Assembly (NCBI GenBank): GCA_021613535.1
Contig: CP075495.1
Span: forward strand, 6,882,001 to 6,946,000
Direction of reading: 5' to 3'
Source of the DNA: Adineta vaga
Taxonomy: Eukaryota; Animalia; Rotifera
DNA length: 64,000 bases
Of this stretch, positions 40,611-52,323 are shown one piece after another. A program made the position numbers and the translations under genes. The notes beneath the pieces are model-generated. The model did not search any database. It worked only from the letters and a program-made list of their open reading frames with translations, and was not told the DNA's origin. Numbering within the stretch: the first letter of the stretch is position 1; each line of letters begins with the position of its first letter.

Positions 40611-42469
40611 TCTTTTGTTTTGTTTTGTTTTCAAAATTCGAGCAACTGCTATGATGAATGTTTGTGTCTTGTGTGTGGCAAAATCGCGCACTACTTTGAA
40701 ATCTATTCGTGTGTTTATTTATGAGACAGAAGAAAGGTGAAAAAACAGAATCGACTTGTTTTTTGTCATTGCACGATTCAGCTAACAAACACACACACAC
40801 ATACACGAGACGTTGGCTTTTTATCTTACATATTTTTTCTCTCAAGGTTGAAATGAAACAAAATGAGTCATCATTTGTACTTTTATATAAACGATAAGTA
40901 ATTCTATATACGATTTAGATTGATTTTCCTTGTTCAACACAATTGTAACTTCATTTTGATTATGTCATAAGTTATATCAATCACATAAGTATCTATATGT
41001 TTTCGTTTATCCATTTGTATTGGATGAGAATGTGTTTACTTAATGTATATATGTGTCCGTGAAGTGTGCTCTTTACATTTAAATAAAGAGTCAAATCATA
41101 AGAGCATCTCCTTGAGATGTTGTCTGTGATTTATTCTTTTTAATTCCTATTATTCATATCCATTATCACACATATTCAATAAGAAAATATAATCCGTTAT
41201 CTTCGAAGTTCATCAACAATGTTTAGACAGGATGAGAAATGAAATATTGTGCGTTCAATTCACGAATATTGATCATAAACTAATTAGTTACATTTGAATT
41301 CATTTGACAATAAGAATATATATGCAAATGAATCTTGTAGAAAATAAAAATGCCACTTGTCGTTTTTTTAATAGGATACATAATTTTCTTGAAAAAAGAA
41401 GTAGAATTATATTAATCTTCGACAAAAACATCGATAAAGTCAAGAAATCAATTGACTGTACGAAAATTTGTGTCTTCAACTGTTAGGAAATAAAAATGGA
41501 TCATAAATAAATCGTTTTTTTTTATCATCTTATTGCTTTTTATTTTACTGTGTTAACCATGTCCAATCATTTTGTCAACATTTATCGCTATCGGGTTCAT
41601 TCATTTCCGTTTATTGAAGTGTAACACGTGTGATTATTTGTTATTCATAATGAATATTACTCGCCGAGAATCTTTCAGTCATTAGATTAGTTCATTTTGC
41701 TTCGGAAAGAAAAAGACAACAATAACAACAGACTTAACGAATATAGATTTCTCTCTGATCTTTATCACCTTGCTGATGAGCAAAGTATTTCGGACGACGA
41801 TGTCTAGTCAAAATAATACCTTTCCGGTTATCTATGTATATATACATTGTCACAGTTGGATATCGCAAAAAAAAGAGCTTATTAAATTTTATTCTACCGA
41901 AATATTTTTCTCGAAACATTAAACTGCATAACCAATTGTTTAACGAAGAAGATAATAGCTTTTGTTATGCTTAGTCATATGGATCAATTGACATGAACAA
42001 CATTGTCATCGATTTAGCTAACATAACGATAGGTTGATGATTGAATGAGTTGAACCCTAGGGCGGTTCTTTCTAAATGGTCTTATATCGATTGAGTCATC
42101 GACACGGTTGAATCTATTTTTATGGACATTCCACTTTCGATTATTCATTCATACATACATCGCGTTCAAATGATCACTCATGACTTTTTCTTCTCTTTTC
42201 GTCTTTTTTCACACGACGATGATGATGATGACGACGTAAAAGAAAGAGAATCGATAAAGGATGGATCGATAGGACATATAGACTAATTTCATATGGTCAA
42301 CCAATAGGTAAGAACGAGAGAGGAAGCGAAAGAGAAAAGAAGAAGAAGACGAGAAATCGAAATAGACGCGTCATTCATATATATAAATTGAAACTTGTTA
42401 TAAATTAGGCTCATTTGTTTTGTCCGTAACGTCTGCTGTCTATTAAATATATCTTCATCAATTATCATC

Positions 42470-45400
42470 ATGTGGCTTGTTCTTCTAGCCACTTTAATTT
42501 TAATTCGTAAGAGCTTATTGGATTTCATATATAAATAAATATCTTAAGTTAATTCTTTCTTATTTTTAGCTTTTAATCATTGTTTTCATATCTCAAATCT
42601 TTGTCAAAATAAATGCTTAAATAACGGTACATGTATTATTAATGCGGAAGATAAACGTGAATCTTGTTTATGCACATCAGCATTTTCTGGTGATCGATGT
42701 CAAGTCAATATAGATGAATGTTCAAGTTCTCCTTGTCGTCATGGTGGTTTATGCATTGATGGTCTTGGAGAATTTATCTGTTCATGTCCAGAAGGTAAGA
42801 AATATATTTCCCATTAGTCATCTTTTCTTCATCGATAAGATGTCCATATCCCCGGATGTACTTCATTCGCATAGAGACAATAGAATGTACATCAATTTTA
42901 AGGTTTCATTACACTTGACAAAACGTTTTTTTTTCTCACACACACAATCGGATGAATGATTTGCAATTCCCCATTGAATATAAAAGAAAGACGAATATGT
43001 ACATTTGTTGTTATACTTGAAATCAATGACAACTCTTAACGCGTGTTCAGATGAGAGAAAGAGAAGCAAATAATTCAGATGATATTTGAGAATTCTCAGA
43101 GAATGAAGTGGAACAAATAGGCACGCGTACCATTAACACCATTATTGAATATTTCCATGATGTATGAAAAAAAAAACGAAAATTTCTTCCCATAATTATT
43201 TTAGATAAAGATCAGTATCTCACACGTTTTTATTTGATTGCAAATAAGACGAAGAAAAAAAAGAGAGCATCACTTGCAGCGGTGTGCGTGTCGCCGGTTT
43301 AAAGCGGTCGGAAGATGAAAGAAGATGCACATGTCTGTGATGAGATCGTAATCTCACGGTTTATTCCCATCAGATGCTTTTCTTCTCTTTTTCTATCAAG
43401 TCTTTGCGATATCCTGTTTGTTTTTTTCGTGTCTATCGGCAATAAGAAGAATATTTTTTTTTCGTCGTCTATGATAATCGAAATTGAAATTATGTTTTTC
43501 TGTTCATTCATTTGCTTTTATCTTTTATTCAGGATATGAAGGTCGTTTTTGTGAAATTCCTATTGATCCATGTCAAAATAATCCATGCGAAAATCAAGGC
43601 ACTTGTATTCGTATTAAATACAATAAAAATTTTCGTTGTGTATGTCCAACAAATTATTCCGGTCGAACATGTAATATCTATATAAAAGATTTTTGTTCAT
43701 CATCACCATGTTTTTCTAATGCAACATGTGAAAATTTACCTGATGGATATCGATGTTCTTGTCCATCGAATGAAACATGTGATCGAACAAAGATAAAGAA
43801 AACAACTTGTTCAGTATCAAATGGAACGAATCAATGTATCTATGGAACATGTAATCAAGATAAATGTACTTGTTTTCCTGGATGGACAGGAGATTTTTGC
43901 ACAGATGATATTGATGAATGTAAAACTAATCCATGTACTGATCAAGGAACATGCTATGTAAATATTCACTTACTTTATATCAAAATAAGAATTCTAATCA
44001 AATCTTTTGTATTTTAGAATACACAAGGTTCATATTTATGTTTATGTCCACCGGGTGTAACGAATAAAAATTGTCAAAATATTCAATGTACAGAATCATC
44101 TTGTTTAAATGGTGGAAAATGTGCACAAAAAGATGGAGGTATACGATCAACAACGATGCTTATGATTATTTAATCTTATTTGAAATTTTTATTTTAGGAG
44201 TGTCATTTTGTCAATGTCCAGCAAATTTCTATGGTCATTATTGTGAACTTCTCGTTGTAAATACTCGAAATAGTCAAGCATCGATTGATACATGTTTAGT
44301 AAATAATTGTTCATCAAAAGGAAACAATAATCGATGTGATCGAGAATGTAATTATGCTCAATGTCAATTCGATAATTATGAATGTACATTAAAACGTGAT
44401 CCATGGGATTCATGTCCAATCAATGAGTGTTCACGTTTATTTCGTAATGGACAATGTGATGAAAAATGTAATATTAAAGAATGTCTATTTGATGGTTTCG
44501 ATTGTGAACGACAATTATCAACATGCAAGTAAGTTGATAGCATTCGTTTTTTTTTGTGCCTCGAAAATGATTTCTGATCTTTAGTAAAACATATTGTGAA
44601 TCGAAAACTTTAAATGGTATATGTGATCATGAATGTAATAAAATTGATTGTGATTATGATCGTGATGATTGTTTACCTACACAAAATGATGGTCTACTTG
44701 GAACAATAATTTTACAATTAGAAATTACTCGAGAAACTTTTGAACAACGTAAAAATTTATTTCTTCAAAGATTTAGTAAGAACAATGAAAACACATTCGT
44801 TCATTTGTATTTATTTCAAATATTTTAGGTTCAATTTTAAATAGTCCAGTAAAAGTTTCATTAAATAAAGATGGAAGTGAATTGATTTTACCTTGGTATA
44901 AAGATGGAAATGAAAAGAGTAAACCTATTGGGTATGTGATATTTCTATTGATAAAAGACAAACTTTCGAAATTTCAATCGTTTTTAGAATCAAAATTTAT
45001 ATAACTATATTGAAAACATGTAATACAACACTTTCTGCTGGTTGTCAATTTGATAGTGTTCGTCAATCTGTTGATTTTCTTGGCGCATTACAACAAAATG
45101 GTGAATTAGCTGAACGTCTTCAAATGCCGATTTCTGATATAAATATCCTTCCTGATCATGCTCAACCAGTTAAAGATAAATCCAAATATATCTATATCGG
45201 TACAATTCTTCCTTGTTTTTTGGTACTAACAGCTCTTGTCGGCTACGGTTTACTTCGACAACCTAAACGAATTATTAAAGCTCCTGTTTGGTGGCCAACG
45301 ACATTTATTGATGAAAGCAAACGTGAATTTTCTTGGATGAATCGTACAAAAACAAAAAATACAAATTATGATTTACCAACAAATAAACGACAAAAATATG

Positions 45401-46814
45401 AACATGATTCTCTATCACCAGATTGTGAGCAAATACCAACGAATACATTGAATATTCCTGGTGGACCAAATGGTAATATTAGCGTATTAGAATTAGAAAT
45501 ATCTCGTCGAGATCCATTTGGAAAATATGAAACAGATGAAGAAGCAACGTTAAATTATTTTATTAATGGTGGTGCTGATGTACAGCAACGTTTAAGTTCA
45601 AATCAAGAAACATTATTACATCTTGCATGTCGTCGAAAACGTTTGACAGCCGTTCGAGTTTTAATTTCACATGGTTGTGATGTAAATGCTAGAGATATTT
45701 ATGGTGCAACACCATTATTACGTGCTGTATCTGCAAAAGCATTTGATATTGTACAATTTCTATTAACCAATGCTAATATATTAAAATTAGATATGAATGC
45801 AAGTACATATACATTTGAGAAAGATAATGAAGAATTACCGGGTGATAATCCATTGAGAAAAGCAATTCGTGGACATTTGAATGATATTGCTGAATGTTTA
45901 TTAATTGCGGGTGCTGATGTGGATGCAACTGATCGTTGTGATTCATCAGTTGGAGGGAATGAAACACGTATTGGTAAGATAATTCATGTTTAATTTATTT
46001 CCTTTTTAAAAAATGAATCTTATTATTTTATAGGTCGTACAGCTTTACATTATGCTGCAGTAGAAAACAATATGAATGGTGCTTTATTATTATTAAAACA
46101 TGGAGCAAATATTGAAGCACAAGATGAACATGTAAGTAATACAAATTTTCTCAATATGAAATATATATTTTTCTATTCCGTCTTTCTTAGCTTGAAACGC
46201 CATTATTCAAGGCAGCATATAATCTTTCGTTTGCAACATGGGAAGTTTTAATATGTCGTGGTGCTAAAAGTCAAATTGCAAATGAAGACGGTTATACACC
46301 TAAATCAATTGCCATGAAACAAATTGGTGCTGGACCATTTCGTTTTGGACCTGATAGTGATGAAGTATTAAATAATATTGATCCAAAATCTGATGCAGAA
46401 AAGCATTTTATTCAATGGCTAAAAAATGAATGTCCACCTAATTGTCGTAAGTTATCAATTCATTTCTTTTTTTTTATACAAAAATTTTACTTTTTACTTT
46501 TTCAAATAGATCTCGAATCGACCAATTCAAAAAAAGAAACTATAAGAAAAAAACCATTAACCAAGAAAAAGAATAATTTTACTCCTCACTATCCTCAAAC
46601 TGCACAAATGCTATCGAATTCTCATCCACCAATTCCTCCGCCATCTTACAATGCAATTAATTGTTATCAACAGCCATTCTATGGTCAATATCCACTTCCA
46701 ACACCATATTCACATGTTGAACATTTTCAACCTTCACCTCCTTCGACATCACAATGTGAAATAACTGATCAGGAATTATACTTTCCTATATCATATCCAT
46801 CATTTAGTTTATGA
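42470..46814 (+). CDS. Notch: Notch-family receptor with a short ectodomain (7 EGF, 3 LNR, NOD/NODP, TM, RAM, ANK, PEST)
   Basis: Signal peptide MWLVLLATLILI; EGF repeats in exons ~42570-42794 and 43533-44250; three LNR repeats (CDRECNYAQCQFDNYEC etc.); NOD GTIILQL...LILPW; TM; RAM motif VWWP; ankyrin repeats (ETLLHLACRR, GATPLLRAV, GRTALHYAA); PEST PTPYS...PSPPS. Confidence 0.92.
42808..43370 (-). promoter_or_regulatory. Putative CSL/Su(H)/LAG-1 binding-site cluster in Notch intron 2
   Basis: On the - strand: ATGGGAA at 42808-42814, 43187-43193 and 43364-43370, and TGTGAGAA at 42933-42940. On the + strand: GGCACGCG (HES class C site) at 43120-43127. Confidence 0.4.
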
Positions 46815-47084
46815 TTTGCTTTTTTTCACTTTGTTCTTTGTGTTTTCTTTTTTTCTCTTTCATCCCCGGTGATTGTATCATGTATAATAATTAAATAAAT
46901 CGAATCTATTTAAAACATCATATCTAAGATTCTATTTCAAAATGAATATTATCTTATTGTAAGTTATATAATACGTTTTATTCTTATCTACGAAATTGAT
47001 GTTTATGATTAATTGCAATAGAAGAAAAAAAAGAATTCAAAAGAATATCTGTCGAACTAAGTAACGACGTCAACGTTTACTTCT

Positions 47085-48266
47085 ATGGAAGATATGCTAG
47101 ATAATCTTACGAGCTCTGATGATTTATCATATACCGTTCATTCCGATGAAACTATCATCGGGCCAAGTTCAGCGTTTCTATTTATTTCAAAAATTCTCTT
47201 ACGTTTGACATGTGTATGTGTTCTTCTTCTTTGTCCATGGATGAATTTTAAACTAATTCAATTTTTTCAAACTCGTATCTTTTATAAAGATTCATCAGTT
47301 AAATGGTATATTATCTTCAAAGCTGTATTCGATACACTTTATATACTTATATCAATACCGATTATCTTCTCACTTACATTCACCATTGATATTGTCCATA
47401 AGAATTTTATAACATGCAAACTTATAACTTATTTACATTATTTAACTGATGATTTAATTTCAATGATGCTTACATTGGCATGTATTGATCGAATGATACG
47501 AATAACATGTGGTACTCGTCTACGAACACGTTTTTCTTTAATTGTCTGTATTGTTGTGACATGTTTATTTATGATTTTAAATATTCATCATTTTATACGT
47601 TTAAAACATGTCGATGGGTTTTGTCATAAAACATACTTTGGTATTTGGGATTATGATTTTGATATTTATTATTCCTTAGTATATACATCGATATCATGGT
47701 TCATTATTTTTATATCATTAATTAATTTAACAACAAGTATATATTGTGATCGAGCACGACGTTTAAAAATGAAACAACAACAACAACAACAACAAGGAAT
47801 TGGGAAAGTCTTTTTACAAAATGGATATCCTATTGGATCGGATAGTGATCGCTTGGAGTTAATTCGGAGTGCAGGTAACGATTTACATTTGATGTACGGA
47901 AAAAGAGAGAAGTTGAATTTTATGTTTTTATTTGCAGAAGATTGCGAAGAATCAATTGCAATTACAATTCAAACAAATAATATTGATCATGAATCTATGG
48001 AACAAGTACAACAAGATAATATTGATTTACAAGTTAGTGTTGGTATATTAATAACTTCAGCAATATTTCTTCTATGTAATTTACCAAATTTCATTATTTT
48101 TGTCATGAGATTTGTTTTTCATTCAACATTTGCCACGATAGGATACATTTTTATCTATGTTGCACTTTTTCCTTTATTAATTGCTCATACAATATCATAT
48201 TTTGTTTTCAATCATTTACTTGCTCGTATTTTTCGTAATAATTCATCATCATCATTGTCAACTTAA
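47085..48266 (+). CDS. Class A (rhodopsin-like) GPCR, orphan peptide-receptor-like
   Basis: Seven hydrophobic segments; C at the start of TM3; ACIDRM (DRY-like); FLLCNLPNF (TM6). Probable 63-nt in-frame intron at 47875-47937 in ICL3. Confidence 0.8.
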   Translation: MEDMLDNLTSSDDLSYTVHSDETIIGPSSAFLFISKILLRLTCVCVLLLCPWMNFKLIQFFQTRIFYKDSSVKWYIIFKAVFDTLYILISIPIIFSLTFTIDIVHKNFITCKLITYLHYLTDDLISMMLTLACIDRMIRITCGTRLRTRFSLIVCIVVTCLFMILNIHHFIRLKHVDGFCHKTYFGIWDYDFDIYYSLVYTSISWFIIFISLINLTTSIYCDRARRLKMKQQQQQQQGIGKVFLQNGYPIGSDSDRLELIRSAGNDLHLMYGKREKLNFMFLFAEDCEESIAITIQTNNIDHESMEQVQQDNIDLQVSVGILITSAIFLLCNLPNFIIFVMRFVFHSTFATIGYIFIYVALFPLLIAHTISYFVFNHLLARIFRNNSSSSLST

Positions 48267-49218
48267 TACGATCTTTCCTTTGTTCATTGATTACTTTCGC
48301 TCTTCTTTCTTGTTACTTAATTCAAATATTCGTCTGTTTTAATATTTCATATTTATCTTCATTGTTCACTTTTGTATCATTGCCAAATTAACTTTTTTAT
48401 TCCAGATGACGTAACTAAACTAGAAGTAATAAGAATTCATATGAAATTGCTTATGTTTCTTTTACTATTTACAATCAGTACTGGTATAAATCTTCAAATA
48501 AAACATTTTCATCGTTAGTATTTGATTATCTATTATAGATAATACAGATATTTCACGAAAAATTTGTCCAACTTAATTCTTGATTAACATTTTAAACATA
48601 TTTCTAGATCGCGTTAAAATAGAAGATATACTTCATTGTAAAAATTGTATAGTTTCTCATGCTAAATTTAACTAGAACGAGTTCATGATTACCACATTGA
48701 AGAAGACATTTCAAGAGAATATGGATTTTATTTTGTGTATAATTGCCTGTTTTAACGGCAGATTCATAATACTGAATAAGTACCCCAATGAATCGTACAA
48801 AAAACATTCATAATAGGATCGTTTTACTTTATTTCTCCTTATGTGTTTCATTTTTTATCATCAAATTGTGCATGTCCATCACAAACAACTCCATCATAAA
48901 ATTAATCAGAATAACTAAATGGTTAGTAATTCCTTGAAAATGAAGCAGTATTTAGTGGAAAGATATGGTGTTTTTCTTCTCCTCACATTCCTTTTTATGT
49001 ACTATTATGATACACATCGGCATTGTAAGAATGATCACATGTAACATGTGCAATTGAATCTCAAATTCGAATATTTACCGCTCAAAAGTAAGCGCTTTTT
49101 AAAATTGACTCTTTCGCGCATTCGGTAGCTAGTGATTTAATTATCATCTTTTATCACATACATAATACTCATTTTTCTAACTTAATTGATCCTTTTGGTT
49201 TATTCATACAAATTCAAT

Positions 49219-49471
49219 ATGGCTAAACGACAACAACATTCAACAAAAAAAGTCAAAGCAACATCTGGACATAAAACTAAATCGCACAAAGGACGAAAAG
49301 GTCATGCGAAACGTGGTGGCAAACATCCAAGATCAAAAGTATCAAAACGATCAACATCATCATCATCGAAAAAACATGGTCAACATAAACATAAAAGTAA
49401 ATATACAGCATTAAATAGAAATAAATTTGAATTATTTCTTCATAGAACCAACCAAAATGAATCAAGCATAA
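49219..49471 (+). CDS. 67-aa highly basic K/H/R/S-rich microprotein
   Basis: Exons 49219-49396 and 49446-49471 give MAKRQQHSTKKVKATSGHKTKSHKGRKGHAKRGGKHPRSKVSKRSTSSSSKKHGQHKHKKPTKMNQA; AATAAA at ~49594. Confidence 0.65.
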
Positions 49472-49928
49472 TGAGATCGATTCTTTATAAGGGACGAAAA
49501 TAATGAACTTATTTCATTAAATGATATTCTCAACGCGAATTTGTTTTTTCTTTCTTTCTAAGTTGTATTGTTTTATCATCGCATAAATATTCAAATAAAA
49601 GAAATGAAACAACTTAATTACATTACAAATCAGTTATCTGATATAATTTCGAAAAGAGATAGGGCTAACTGTAGATGTCATTATTTTGTGATTGTTCTTG
49701 ACTGACATCTATAAAAAAAGCGTATCGAGGGAAACGAAGAACTATGATATGATTGAATAGTTAAATGAAACAATGAGTGACCAAGAAGAGAAAAATAAGT
49801 AAATAAACAATAAATTTACGAATGGAAAAAAAGACGCTTACGACAATTGTTTTCTTTTACTAATTGCATAATATATTCTGTTGTATTAATTGATTCTTAT
49901 TTCATTTGATAAAACTTCATTTTTCAAG

Positions 49929-52077
49929 ATGTCCGAATCGACATCCACTGAAGAACAATTGACTAATGATGAGATAACTACAAATGAACAACCAAGAAAA
50001 TATCTTCGAAGGAATAATGTAAGAGTTTCAAATTGATGAATTCCTTTTTTTTGTCCTATACATAAATTCTTTCTTTTTTTTTTCTAGGATGTCAGCACAG
50101 GCGTTGTGAGTAGACATTTGTATATATAAATGCAAAATAATTTGAATACGCGTCATTTCTCATAGACGACTCGTTCTCGACAACGTGAACACGATCAGAA
50201 AAATAAAGAATCTGAATCGACGACAAACGATCAAACAATGTCAGAAATAATTCCATCGACAGAACAATGCGCAATATGTATGGAAAATTTCACTAAACAA
50301 GAAGTTGGTATTCCAGAAAATTGTGAACATACATTTTGTTTGGCTTGTATTATTGAATGGGCTAAAGTAAGATGATTAGATTAGAAATGAAATTGAATAC
50401 TTATCTTCATGTATGTAATTTAGAAAAATAATTCATGTCCAATAGATCGTAAAATTTTTCGACGAATATTTAAGAAACATTCATTCACTTGTCCAACATC
50501 ATATGATACTGTATGTCAAATGAATTTTAGAATAGTATAATGAAAATGAATTTGTTTTTCTTTCGTATTATTTTGAATAGATGAAAGTCCAAGATAATCG
50601 TTTAGAATTACAATTAGAAGATGGTTTTCTTGAAATGATCGATGATGATATAGCATGTCGTGTTTGTGGTCGTGATGATCAAGAAGATCTTTTACTTATC
50701 TGTGATGAATGTGGTAATGGTTATCATACATATTGCTTAGAATTACCGGGTGTTCCTGATGCACCAGAATGGATGTGTCCATTATGTGAAGTAGATCAAT
50801 TGTCTGCCGATGAAGATCTCTATGATGATAGTGATCTTGAAGAACTTCAAGATATTCTTTTCGATGATACATTAAATACAACTGATACGGAGGTATTAAA
50901 TTTTCGTTTGAACATGAATAGATAAATTATTCTTGTGATAATTTAGCCTGGTGATACAACTGTGACTGTAAGACAGCCAAGAGTACGGCAAACAGCACGT
51001 ATGAGTATGTAGAAAACAATAAGTTTATGATATCATTTTAATATGTTATTAAATATTTAGGAACAGGTGGTGTACGTAATCAACGTACAACGTCACCAAA
51101 TACAAGATCACGCCGTCGTCCACAACAACGAAGACGACGACGCACACCAGCTCCAAGACGACCAACATTATTGCAACAACAACGTCAACGTCATAGACGT
51201 CAACGAACAATTTTGCATCAAGTAAATCGACGAATTAACAATGTTAATGTAAGTTATTTACCAATCATGATGAAATTCTGAATATAGACTTAACCGTATT
51301 GAATAAGAAAGGATTAGAAATAAAATGATTCATCAATTGCTCAAGATTACTTTTTATTTAGACAATTACAAGGAATGGTTCATTACAAAGTGATTCAGGT
51401 AATTCGACGATTCGAACTGAAGCACCAAGATTATCAATCTTCAACGGTGAACCGATAGCCTTGTTCGTTTACTTTACTTTTTTAAATTTTTTCTCTATCT
51501 TATAAATATATTCTGTTTAGAGAGGAAGAACCGTCAACTACAGTATCAACAAATCGAACGATCATGACTCCAAGGTTTCATTGTTAAAAATCAAACTTTC
51601 CGTTATTTATGTTTTGCTTTATATAGTGAGGCTGCTCGTCGAATAGCTGCTAGTGGCATTCCAATATTAACTCGTACTCAAACGGAACCATCGATTAGTC
51701 GAGAATTGAGTATACAACGAATGACACCATCACTTGATCGTGCACCATCACGAACAATTCGTCCTCCACCATTATCGCAACCACGAGTACCTATTAGTCA
51801 ATTACCGCGTATTCAACGTCGTGCTAATACACTAAATCGAGAACGTCCAGCAGCAGCAGCGGCAGCAGTAGCAACAATAACTAATAACAACAACAATAAT
51901 AATATTGCTACACATACAGCAAATCCATCATTTCTTGATAATCTACTTCATTCTCAAGAACGTCTTCATAATTTACAAAATGTTCGAATGCATGGGTAAA
52001 TATCTATTCATTTTGTTTCATTTTTTTCCAAATTAATTTCTACTATTCATTTTAGACCACATATTCAAATATCCTGA
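49929..52077 (+). CDS. PHRF1: PHRF1-like N-terminal part: RING finger, PHD finger and Arg-rich region
   Basis: RING CAICMENF...CEHTFCLACIIEWAKKNNSCPIDR; PHD CRVCGRDDQEDLLLICDECGNGYHTYCL...WMCPLC; PRLSIF and FLDNLLHSQ motifs. The default splice 51996->52056 ends in GPHIQIS-TGA. Confidence 0.8.
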
Positions 52078-52323
52078 AGAGAACGCAAGCATTATTTTTC
52101 TTTCTTTATCTATTCTTTGTTATAGTTCATTTGTAAATATGTTTCTGGTTTTATATGTATGTGTTTGCTGTACCTCTCTTTTTTCTCTGTTTGTTAAATC
52201 AGTAATAAAGAAAATCCCGACATATCTCTAACAGAATTCAAAAGAGACAATAGTTTTCTTAGGAAGAAAAAACGACACCTTTTGTTTGATCAATAGTTAA
52301 TTTTTTTTTTAATTGTATTATAG

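Noticed and set aside
52075-52085. TGA readthrough or selenocysteine, with a GC donor, joining the PHRF1 halves
   Set aside because: Readthrough followed by splicing at gaac/gcaagc to 52324 lands out of frame and stops within about 10 codons.
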